64,000 nt of DNA from Bryobacterales bacterium (GTDB lineage Bacteria > Acidobacteriota > Terriglobia > Bryobacterales > UBA6623): positions 386,841 through 450,840 of the forward strand of contig CBDFJA010000003.1 of the NCBI GenBank assembly GCA_965248365.1, read 5' to 3'. Position 1 is the first letter of the stretch, and every line of letters starts with the position of its first letter. Positions 36,140-44,872 of this stretch are shown here, one piece after another. The notes under the pieces were generated by a model, which worked only from the letters and a program-made list of their open reading frames with translations, searched no databases and was not told the origin of the DNA. Position numbers and translations under genes: made by a program.

Positions 36140-36859
36140 ATGCCCTGGCAAGACAATCTCCGCTTTGTCCTTGTCCGCTCCCGCAACTCATTGAACATGG
36201 GGGCCGCGGCTCGCGCCATGTTCAACTTTGGGTTCTCCAAGCTGTGGCTGGTTGATCCCTATGATCTGGCCTTCCGGAAGGCGCGCTCCGCCACCGGAGC
36301 GGCTGAGGTGCTGGAGTCGGCCCAAGTGGCATCGGACCTGGGAGAAGCGCTGGGGGAGGCGTCTCTGATCGTCGGAGTTTCCGGCACGGCGGGGCGCACC
36401 CAGCGGCACGTCCGCAGACGGTTGCCCGAGGGCGCTCTGGCCATCCGGACTCACCTCGCCAAGCGGCCCGCGGCGTTGGTGTTCGGTTCCGAGAAATTCG
36501 GCCTGGGAAACGAAGACCTCAGCTACTGCGACTGGGTTTTGACGATTCCCACCGACGAGCAGTGCCCCTCCATGAACCTAGGGCAGGCCGTCGCCGTCTG
36601 CGGCTACGAGATCACTCGGCGCGCCAAGTCTGTTCCTTCCCTGAAGACGCCGGCGACGGTGAGCGCCGAACAGAGGGACCGCATCAGCAAGGGGCTGACG
36701 GCGGTTCTCGATGAGAGCGGGTTTATTTTCTCCACCAGCCGCCGGTCGCAACAAATGAAGATCCGCCGTTTCGTCAACAGGCTGAGGCTGGCTCCCGAGG
36801 ACGGACGGATGCTGCAGGGCATGCTGCGCCAAATCCAATGGAAGCTGGACCGGGGTTGA
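36140..36859 (+). CDS. SpoU/TrmH-family RNA 2'-O-methyltransferase (TrmJ-like)
   Basis: 239 aa. Contains VLVRSRNSLNMGAAARAMFNFG, LVFGSEKFGL and IPTDEQCPSMNLGQAVAV. Confidence 0.8.
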   Translation: MPWQDNLRFVLVRSRNSLNMGAAARAMFNFGFSKLWLVDPYDLAFRKARSATGAAEVLESAQVASDLGEALGEASLIVGVSGTAGRTQRHVRRRLPEGALAIRTHLAKRPAALVFGSEKFGLGNEDLSYCDWVLTIPTDEQCPSMNLGQAVAVCGYEITRRAKSVPSLKTPATVSAEQRDRISKGLTAVLDESGFIFSTSRRSQQMKIRRFVNRLRLAPEDGRMLQGMLRQIQWKLDRG

Positions 36860-37262
36860 CAGCAGGCAAGCCGCCCCCGGGGCGTTGAACAAGACGTTCC
36901 TTTTTTGTAGGGCCGGACCACCGTGTCGGCCCATCGCAAACCTCGCAAAAACCAATCCGCGGATGCGCAGCCCGTGTAGCGCGGACCTGGCGCTTTTCCA
37001 GTGTCCGCGTGTCACTTCTGAGTAATCAGCAGGGCACCCGGCGGCAAGGCTGTGCTCCGGCAGCCTACTGCACTTCTCCCCGCTACAAAATATCGAGGTT
37101 CGTATTCACCGGCGTAGCCGCGCTGATATCCTAATACTTGTCTGCCCCGTTTGTTAAGGCTCGCGAGCATCCGGGGCGATCCCAACGTCGAGCTTTTTAG
37201 AGATCCCCCTTTACTGTTGCATTCAATTGGTGGTGCAAGAGTTGGATTAGGCGTTTTCCCGA

Positions 37263-38417
37263 ATGATCATCGGCGTTCCCAAAGAGAACTATCGCGGCGA
37301 AAGGCGCGTCTCACTGATTCCAAGGCACGTCTCGGCTTTGGTCCAGGCGGGGGCCGACGTTGTTGTGGAGAGCGGCGCCGGCAGTGAGGCTCTCCACGAA
37401 GACGAAGAATTCGTGTCGCGGGGGGGGCGCATCGAAAGCGATCGGCAGCGCCTTCTCTCGGAAGCCGACGTGCTGCTCGTCGTGCGAGGTCCCGGGTCGG
37501 ATCCTGACTTCCCAGCGGCTGACCTGGATCTGCTGCGAGCCGGCGCGGCGCTCGTCGGATTCTTGGAGCCGCTGGCCGCTCCCGAAATCATGCAGTCGCT
37601 GGCCGAGCGCCGTTTAGCGGTCTTCTCGATGGAATTGATGCCCCGAATCACGCGAGCGCAGAGCATGGATGCGCTGAGCTCGATGGCGACGATCGCGGGC
37701 TACAAGGCGGTCCTACTGGCGGCCCAACACTCGCCGCGGATGTTTCCCCTGATGATGACGGCGGCGGGGACGCTGACGCCGGCCCGCGTGTTGGTGCTGG
37801 GAGCCGGTGTTGCCGGATTGCAGGCCATCGCGACGGCCCGCAGGCTGGGCGCGGTCGTCGAGGCGTACGACGTTCGCCCCGCCGTGAAGGAGCAGGTGGA
37901 AAGTTTGGGCGCCCGATTCGTCGAATTGAAGCTGGACACAGACGACGCCGAGACCAGCGGGGGGTACGCCGCCGCGCAGTCGGAGGAGTTTTACCGGCGC
38001 CAACGCGAGCTCCTCGGCGAACACCTCAGCCAGTCCGACGTGGTCATCACGACCGCCGCGGTGCCCGGCAAACAAGCGCCGATCCTGATATCCGAGGAAA
38101 TGTTCACTTCTCTGCGGCCGGGTTCGGTGATCGTCGACTTGGCGGCTGAAAAGGGCGGCAACTGCACCCTGACCGAAGCCGGGAAGCGGGTCGTTCGAAA
38201 CGGCGTAACCGTCCTCGGGCCGGCCAATCTGCCGTCGGAGGTCCCTGTTCACGCGAGCCAGATGTTTTCGAAGAACGTGTCCGCGTTTCTTGGCGAAATA
38301 CTCAAGGACGGCAGCCTGCACCTCGATCTCGAGGACGAAATCGTACGGGGGACTTTAGTCGCGCATGAAGGCCGCCTCGTGCACCCCGCGGTGATCGAGG
38401 CTTTGAAGGGAGATTAG
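37263..38417 (+). CDS. pntAA: NAD(P) transhydrogenase subunit alpha, part 1
   Basis: 384 aa. MIIGVPKENYRGERRVSLIP start and VLVLGAGVAGLQAIATARRLGA. Confidence 0.92.
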   Translation: MIIGVPKENYRGERRVSLIPRHVSALVQAGADVVVESGAGSEALHEDEEFVSRGGRIESDRQRLLSEADVLLVVRGPGSDPDFPAADLDLLRAGAALVGFLEPLAAPEIMQSLAERRLAVFSMELMPRITRAQSMDALSSMATIAGYKAVLLAAQHSPRMFPLMMTAAGTLTPARVLVLGAGVAGLQAIATARRLGAVVEAYDVRPAVKEQVESLGARFVELKLDTDDAETSGGYAAAQSEEFYRRQRELLGEHLSQSDVVITTAAVPGKQAPILISEEMFTSLRPGSVIVDLAAEKGGNCTLTEAGKRVVRNGVTVLGPANLPSEVPVHASQMFSKNVSAFLGEILKDGSLHLDLEDEIVRGTLVAHEGRLVHPAVIEALKGD

Positions 38418-38422
38418 CTAAA

Positions 38423-38707
38423 GTGGAAGCGTTTCTTGTTTCGGTGACAATTCTTGTACTGGCCGTGTTTGTCGGCTTCGAAGTCATCACGAAGGTCCCT
38501 CCGACGCTGCACACCCCGTTGATGTCGGGCGCGAACGCCATCTCGGGAATCACGCTGGTGGGCGCCGTGATCTCGGTCGGGGCCGACCAGGCCATTTTGG
38601 CTACGATCCTCGGCGTGGGGGCCGTGGTATTGGCCACCGTCAACGTCGTGGGCGGATTTCTGGTCACCCATCGCATGCTCTCCATGTTTAAGCGTAAAGA
38701 GCGATAG
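38423..38707 (+). CDS. pntAB: NAD(P) transhydrogenase subunit alpha, part 2 (membrane)
   Basis: 94 aa with three TM helices. HTPLMSGANAISGI motif. Sits between pntAA and pntB. Confidence 0.9.
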   Translation: MEAFLVSVTILVLAVFVGFEVITKVPPTLHTPLMSGANAISGITLVGAVISVGADQAILATILGVGAVVLATVNVVGGFLVTHRMLSMFKRKER

Positions 38708-38710
38708 CAG

Positions 38711-40090
38711 GTGCAATCGAATCTGATCAATCTCGCTTACCTTCTGGCGTCGGTGCTTTTCATCGTCGGCCTGAAGGGCCTGAGCTCGCCCCGTACCGCG
38801 CGACGGGGAAACCTAACGGGCTCGTGCGGCATGCTGATCGCCGTACTGGCGACCCTCGTCGACCGGCACATCGTGACCTTCGAGTGGATCGTGGCCGGGG
38901 TCGTGGCGGGATCCCTGATTGGCGTGGTTTCAGCCCTGAAGGTGCCGATCACCGCCATGCCTCAGCTTGTCGCGCTGTTCAACGGCTTCGGTGGCGCGGC
39001 CTCGGCGTTGGTCGCCGCCACGGCCGTGGTGAATCCCGACACATTGACGGCGGTGCCTCCGGTTCAACTTTACGGGGCCGGTTTGACCAGCCTGCTCATC
39101 GGCATGGCGACGTTTACGGGTAGCATCATCGCCTGGGCCAAGCTGCACGAGGTTTACGGCGGGCAACCTCGAGGGGCCGCTGTCAGGGTCGGCAATAAAC
39201 TGTCGCTCGCGGCGTCGGTGCTGTTGGCCGGCTACTTCCTCTACGACCCCACCCGGATGTGGGCTTTCTGGGCGCTGGCGGCGACCGCCTCGCTCTATGG
39301 TCTGCTGCTGACGGTTCCGATCGGCGGCGCCGACATGCCGGTCGTCATCGCCTTACTGAACTCTTGGTCGGGCCTGGCGGCGGCGGCCACCGGATTCGCC
39401 TTGAGCAATAACGTTCTGATCATTAGCGGATCTCTGGTCGGCGCTTCCGGTTTGTTCTTGACTCGCGTGATGTGCGAAGCCATGAACCGCTCGCTCGCCG
39501 ACGTGCTGTCGGGAGATCTCGGTGCGACGGCCGCAACCCCGAGCGATGAAATCTATCAAGGCCGGGTAAAGCGAACATCGCCGGAAGAAGTAGCGCTGAT
39601 TTTGGAGAGCGCCCGGGCGGTGGCTATCGTACCCGGCTACGGCATGGCCGTCGCGCAAGCGCAGCACGCGGTGCGGGACTTCGCCAACGTGCTCCAAAGT
39701 CGTGGAGTCGAGGTGCGCTATGGGGTCCACCCGGTGGCCGGCCGCATGCCCGGCCACATGAACGTGCTGCTGGCCGAAGCCGACGTGCCCTACGACGAAC
39801 TCCGCGACATGGATCAGATCAACCCCACTTTTAGTGAGACGGATGTGGTCCTCGTCATCGGTGCCAACGACGTCGTCAACCCAGCCGCCCGCGACGATCC
39901 CTCAAGCCCCATTGCCGGCATGCCGATCCTCGACGTCGACAAAGCGCGAACGGTGATCGTAATCAAACGCAGCCTGAGTCCGGGCTTCGCCGGTATCCCG
40001 AATAAGCTATTCATCGCTCCCAACACGCTGATGCTCTTCGGCGACGGGAAAGAAGCGGTCCGGGAGCTGGTGGCGGCGATGAAGGCGTGA
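38711..40090 (+). CDS. pntB: NAD(P) transhydrogenase subunit beta
   Basis: 459 aa. Membrane N-terminal half, then PGYGMAVAQAQH and HPVAGRMPGHMNVLLAEA. Confidence 0.93.
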   Translation: MQSNLINLAYLLASVLFIVGLKGLSSPRTARRGNLTGSCGMLIAVLATLVDRHIVTFEWIVAGVVAGSLIGVVSALKVPITAMPQLVALFNGFGGAASALVAATAVVNPDTLTAVPPVQLYGAGLTSLLIGMATFTGSIIAWAKLHEVYGGQPRGAAVRVGNKLSLAASVLLAGYFLYDPTRMWAFWALAATASLYGLLLTVPIGGADMPVVIALLNSWSGLAAAATGFALSNNVLIISGSLVGASGLFLTRVMCEAMNRSLADVLSGDLGATAATPSDEIYQGRVKRTSPEEVALILESARAVAIVPGYGMAVAQAQHAVRDFANVLQSRGVEVRYGVHPVAGRMPGHMNVLLAEADVPYDELRDMDQINPTFSETDVVLVIGANDVVNPAARDDPSSPIAGMPILDVDKARTVIVIKRSLSPGFAGIPNKLFIAPNTLMLFGDGKEAVRELVAAMKA

Positions 40091-40547
40091 GCGAGCGGCC
40101 TCCGCCGCACCTCCGCGATCCAGGCGCCGAGCCCCGGCAATCCGAGCATTCGAAATGAGGCTGCTCGGTGGTTGGCATTGAAACTGGCCAACAGCATGCC
40201 TGGACGAAAATGGGTGCCGGCCGTATGCACTCCCCCTGCATGTTCATCATCGTGGCCGACGGGCTGGACGCCGAAGCCTCTACGAGGCTATAGTACTGTG
40301 GATGCTGGGGGCGGGACGAGGTCCTCCCAACCACGGGCCTCTGGAACCGCTGGTTGTGAGAGGGCCGAGAATCCGTGCACGGGAGGGAAGCGAACCGCAT
40401 CCGAGCGGTCTCTTGCGCGCCACTCGTCATTCTATGGCACCCGATCCTGCCCACCCGGGGCTGACAGACCCCAAGTAATTGGGGTTGCCTGAGTGAAGCC
40501 ATGCCCTTCTCGCCGGGAAAGGTCCCCGAGGCTGGCCAAGGGAGAAT

Positions 40548-41328
40548 TTGATGACTGGCTCTGTTGATCCCGCCATACCTACTTATCGGAGTCCCTTCGG
40601 TGGTCTCTGGCCCGATCTGAACCATGCGCCGTTTCTCATTCGAGGGAAATTTGAGCTAGGCCTAATCACCGAGGAACAGGTCAAGCAATTGGAGCACTGG
40701 GTCGAGCACGGCTATCTCATAATCCCCAATGCGGTACCAGGCGAAGTGGTTGACCTGGTTAACTCCGACGTGGAACGAGCCTGGCGGGGCGAGTTGCCTT
40801 CGCTTCGGATAGAGCATTGGGAGAACAACGCCAGACACGTAGTGCCGATCAAGCCCGAAATCAGGGATAAGCCGCATAAGCTCCTCGATATCTATAGTGC
40901 GTCCGAGGCAGCGCGCCGTGCGATCTTCTCGCAGCCCATTTTCGACTTTCTGGCCCTAGTCTTCGAGCGTCCGCCGATGGCATTCCAGAGTCTTTCTTTC
41001 ATGCGAGGTATGCGAGGTATTGGCCAACCAATCCACAAAGACACTGCCTACGTCGTGGTTCGCTCACCGATGGAGTGCGCCGCCTCATGGATCGCACTAG
41101 AAGACATTCAACCCAATTCCGGGGCCTTGGAATACTACGAGGGGAGTCACCGAGGGGAAGAGTATCTCTTCAATGGGAAGCACAAGAGCATGCCCGAAGG
41201 CTACGCGGAAGAAGAGCGATATCTCAGTTCCTTGCACGAGCAGGCCCGAGAAATGGGACTTCCTAGAAAGCAGTTCTTCCCGCGCAAGGGGGACGCCTTG
41301 ATCTGGTCAGCGGACCTGGCTCACGGCG
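40548..41328 (+). pseudogene. Phytanoyl-CoA dioxygenase (PhyH)-family Fe(II)/2-oxoglutarate oxygenase, 3'-truncated at an IS630 fragment
   Basis: HKD (HxD) and GSHRG motifs. The reading ...ALIWSADLAHGE runs directly into IS630 internal sequence in a non-transposase frame. Confidence 0.7.
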
Positions 41329-41602
41329 AGCCGCCTGGTGCGGGAGTTCATCGAGCTCTCCGAAGGCCACATCGCCACGGAGTGCTTGCCGCCCTATGCA
41401 CCGGAGCTGAACCCGGTGGAATACATTTGGGCTTACTGGAAGCAGCACGAGTTGCCGAACGTCTGTCCGAAGGACTACTGGGAGCTGGACGAGCGTGCCC
41501 GCAAATCCCTGCGTCGCATGCGCCGCAAACCGCGCTTGATTACGGCCTTCTGGAAGCAGTCTTCTCTTGGCCTTGACTAACTCGATATTATGCGAGATTC
41601 AA
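41329..41602 (+). mobile_element. IS630-family 3' fragment A (274 bp, intact terminal inverted repeat, 5' part missing)
   Basis: Looks the same by eye as the corresponding part of 324..~600 (reverse complement). Ends ...GCGAGATTCAA followed by TA at 41603-41604. Encodes the transposase C-terminus REFIELSEGHIATECLPPYAPELNPVEYIW... Confidence 0.85.
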
Positions 41603-42120
41603 TAAACGCGTTGCCGAAAAGGATCGAGGGAGTTGCGGTAATTGAGGTGCTGCTGATCAACGACGGTAGTACAGATGGCACGGTAGAGATAGCGCGACAG
41701 CTGAACGTCGATCATATTTTGGATTTCAGGACCCATCGAGGTCTAGCCAAAGTCTTCCTCGCCGGACTCCGAGAATCAGCCCGGCTGGGAGCGTCCTTCG
41801 TAGTTAACTTGGATGCTGACAACCAATACAACGCTGACGATATTCCTAAGCTGCTGGGGCCGCTTTTGGAAGGCAGGGCCGACATCGTGGTCGGGGAGCG
41901 ACCGATCGGCGAGATCAAGCACTTCTCCGCAGCCAAGAAGGTGTTCCAGCACTTCGGTTCATGGGTGGTGAAGGGTCTGTCGAAAACTGATGTCCGCGAC
42001 AGCCCCAGCGGATTTCGAGCGTTCAATCGGACGGCGATGCAAAGGCTATTCATCTTTGGTGACTATACCTATACACACGAGTCACTAATCGCGGCCCACG
42101 AGTCCGACTTAAGAGTCCTA
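41603..42120 (+). pseudogene. Internal fragment of a family-2 glycosyltransferase gene (DPM1-like), bracketed by IS630 ends
   Basis: Contains LLINDGSTDGT and NLDADNQY (DxD). It lacks the N-terminal ~25 aa and the C-terminal domain. Track ORF 41590..42135 starts and stops inside the IS inverted repeats. Confidence 0.75.
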
Positions 42121-42419
42121 TTGAATCTCGCATAATATAGAGTTAGTCAGGGCCAAGAGGAGACTGCTTCCAGAAGGCCGTGATCAAGCGCGGTTTGCGG
42201 CGCATGCGACGCAGGGATTTGCGGGCACGCTCGTCCAGCTCCCAGTAGTCCTTCGGACAGACGTTCGGCAACTCGTGCTGCTTCCAGTAAGCCCAAATGT
42301 ATTCCACCGGGTTCAGCTCCGGTGCATAGGGCGGCAAGCACTCCGTGGCGATGTGGCCTTCGGAGAGCTCGATGAACTCCCGCACCAGGCGGCTGCGGTG
42401 CGCCGGCAGGCGGTCCCAG
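42121..42419 (-). mobile_element. IS630-family 3' fragment B (299 bp, intact terminal inverted repeat, 5' part missing, slightly diverged)
   Basis: Starts TTGAATCTCGCATAATATAG, preceded by TA at 42119-42120. Homology to the full copy ends after ...GGCGGTCCCAG. There are 3 substitutions in the first ~50 nt relative to copy 324.. Confidence 0.85.
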
Positions 42420-43267
42420 TCGTGGCTCACCCTGAACTCAGTGACAGGGACCGACTTCGCTTTGACCGTACCAGCTCCGACGTATCCGGTTCCGGGGATG
42501 TTGACGAAGACCCTCGCCCCGGGGAACAGGAGGTCCAGGGTCTGGCTGTACCACTTGCCGCCGCCTCCGGAAATGAACCCATACTTCTCGCAGTCTTCCC
42601 AGGTCCGGTGCCGGCCATCGCCCAGCGACACGTAGAAGTCTCGACCGTTCCAGGGCTCACGGCCTTTCTGCTTCCTCGTTCCGCTGGCTTTAGCTTCTGC
42701 CTCTCGGGGATCAACAAGCCAAGTTCGGGTCAGATACTCCCTCTCACCATCCTTGAAGTAGCGGAAGAAAACCGCGTTTAGGGGCACCCCGTAGTTGTCG
42801 CTGAGATAGCCGATGATCCGTTCCGTGCTGGGATCCAGGTCCGAAGCAACGATGATCAGTTCGTGATTCTGGTTAAGCTTTTCGGGCGTGTTCTCATCAA
42901 AGGCTTCCGCAAGGCCCTTTTCGAGTTCTCGACCACCGTTTTTCTCGGCGTAGATTTCAGCAATATCGTCGTAGGAGAGGTTCTCCACCCAAGAAGCATA
43001 GTCAAGGACCTGAGCGACGACCTCCCGAGCCGTCTGGTCTCTCTTGAGTTCGATGACGCTCAGATTCCCTTCGACATCGATCGCCAGCATGTCGATAAAC
43101 TTTCCGTAAGCCGTCGGAATCTGACGGCCGATCAGCATCAGTTTGGGCGAGAGGATAGAGATCTCTTTAGCGAGCGTCTCTTCGAGCTTGGCTTCACTGT
43201 CGATCGATCCGAAGGTGACTTCCTGAAGATCGTCCCCCAAACGCCAAATTCCGACTTCGATTGGCAT
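42420..43267 (-). pseudogene. PD-(D/E)xK nuclease-like (NucS/DUF91-like N-terminal domain) protein, 3'-truncated and fused in frame to the IS630 transposase C-terminus
   Basis: Motif IDMLAIDVEGNLSVIELK (D...E.K). The second domain reads WNGRDFYVSLGDGRHRTWEDCEKYGFISGGGG. Track ORF 42143..43267 continues as ...SHDW|DRLPAHRSRLV... Confidence 0.6.
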
Positions 43268-43449
43268 GCCCTAAATACCCCCCAAGATTCTATCCCACCG
43301 CCGACTCGAATCGGGTGCCTCTAGGGCTACAGACTAACCGTTTGACTTGAGGCTGCCAGGAAAGGGCAGCGCTGACCCCTACAGTTTGAACACGGGCCAC
43401 GTCACCATAATTTGCGAGACTCACTAAGTAACCACCCTCGGGAACTTTG

Positions 43450-44853
43450 CTAGACGAACAGCTCGCTTACTTCGTCGAAGCGCATCGGACCGAGTGGAGA
43501 GAGGTCTTCGATGTAGTAGAAGGGGCGGCCCGACGGGGTTTCGGTGACCTTCTTTGCCGAGTCGATACCCAGGGCCGAGTAGATCGTACAGATAACATCC
43601 TCGGGATAAATGGACCGCTTGCGGCGCCAATCGTAGCGGGTGACCTTGCCTCCGATCTCGTCGGTGGCGCCGAGGATTTTGCCGCCGACAGCGCCGGCCC
43701 CGGCAAACAGAGAGACGGCCGCGTAGCGGTGGTGATCGCGCCCCTTGTTGATGGTCAACCCTCCGGGCGTACGGCCGAATTCACCCATGGCGACGATCAG
43801 AGTCTTATCCAGCAACGATCGGCCGTTCTCATCCTTTTGGGACTCTAGATCGGTGATGAGATTGGGGAGCGCCGCGTCAAGGTCCCAGCACAGTGTGTAC
43901 TGGTTGGTTTTGGCTGTCTTGTCGTAAGCTTTGCCGTGCAGATCCCAGCCGTTGTGCGAAATCGCGACGAAGCGCGTTCCCGCGTCGGCGGCGATCAAAT
44001 TTCGCGCGATGACACAGGCGTCGCCGGTCTGGGAACTGCCGTAGCGCTCGTGATCTTGCTCGCCGACTTTGAAGATGGAAGCGGCTTGGGGCGCATCAAG
44101 AATGCTATAGGAAGCTTTGTAGAAGTCACGGTAATCGACCATCATGCGGCCGCGGGACGCTTCGCCGCTAGCGACGACGGCGTTCAGTCGCTCGAGAAAC
44201 TCCTTGCGATGGTTGAAGCGGTTTCTGTCTTTCTCGGGTAGGACGAAAGGCAAGTCCCCCTTGGTGTAGAGGGCCATGGGAGCGTGGGTCGCCGGCAGCA
44301 TGCCGCTACCGATCAAGCCGGCGTTCCCATTGCCGTAGTTCATGGCCACGAAGGGCGGAAGGAAGTCGGAGTCCCTGCGCCGCGATTCGAACTCGCTCGC
44401 CACGATCGATCCCACCGAGGGCATCTCCTTCAGCCGCGCCGGACTGAACACGTGGCCGACTTGAATGTAGTACTGCCCTCTGGCGTGAGCGCTCTCCCAG
44501 GCCTCGTTGCCGCGCACGATGGCGTATTTGTCGGTCATGCCCGCGAGGTTCGGCAAAAGGCCGCAGGGCATCTTCAGCCCGGGGCCGACGGTTCGGACGT
44601 CGAAATCAGGAGGCGTCCATTCCCCTTCCTTGAAGTCGAAAGTGTCGAGCTGGCTGGGGCCGCCTTCGAGGAACAGGAAAATAACGTGTTCCGCCGAGCC
44701 GCGAGGCGTAGCTCTTGTCGACGACGACGCTGCCACGTTGAGCGGCTTGAGCATGGGCAGCAGAACATAGCCCCCGACCGTAACTCCGCCCACTCGGAAG
44801 AAGTCGCGTCGTGAGAGTCTCGGAAACCGAGTTCGTTTCAGGTCCGCGGTCAT
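43450..44853 (-). CDS. DUF1501-family protein (sulfatase-like fold, Tat-type signal)
   Basis: 467 aa. Contains SRRDFFRVGGVTVGG and AMGEFGRTPG. Confidence 0.85.
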   Translation of the reverse strand: MTADLKRTRFPRLSRRDFFRVGGVTVGGYVLLPMLKPLNVAASSSTRATPRGSAEHVIFLFLEGGPSQLDTFDFKEGEWTPPDFDVRTVGPGLKMPCGLLPNLAGMTDKYAIVRGNEAWESAHARGQYYIQVGHVFSPARLKEMPSVGSIVASEFESRRRDSDFLPPFVAMNYGNGNAGLIGSGMLPATHAPMALYTKGDLPFVLPEKDRNRFNHRKEFLERLNAVVASGEASRGRMMVDYRDFYKASYSILDAPQAASIFKVGEQDHERYGSSQTGDACVIARNLIAADAGTRFVAISHNGWDLHGKAYDKTAKTNQYTLCWDLDAALPNLITDLESQKDENGRSLLDKTLIVAMGEFGRTPGGLTINKGRDHHRYAAVSLFAGAGAVGGKILGATDEIGGKVTRYDWRRKRSIYPEDVICTIYSALGIDSAKKVTETPSGRPFYYIEDLSPLGPMRFDEVSELFV

Positions 44854-44872
44854 GGTGTAGCTCCCGCTACGG

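Noticed and set aside
40091-40547. A gene or gene remnant in the 457-bp gap after pntB (ORFs 40011..40625, 40172..40492; a 45-codon frame ending ...FIIVADGLDAEASTRL*)
   Set aside because: The ORFs are compositionally junk. The 45-codon frame is too short, has no start context and matches no family I can name. It is left unannotated.
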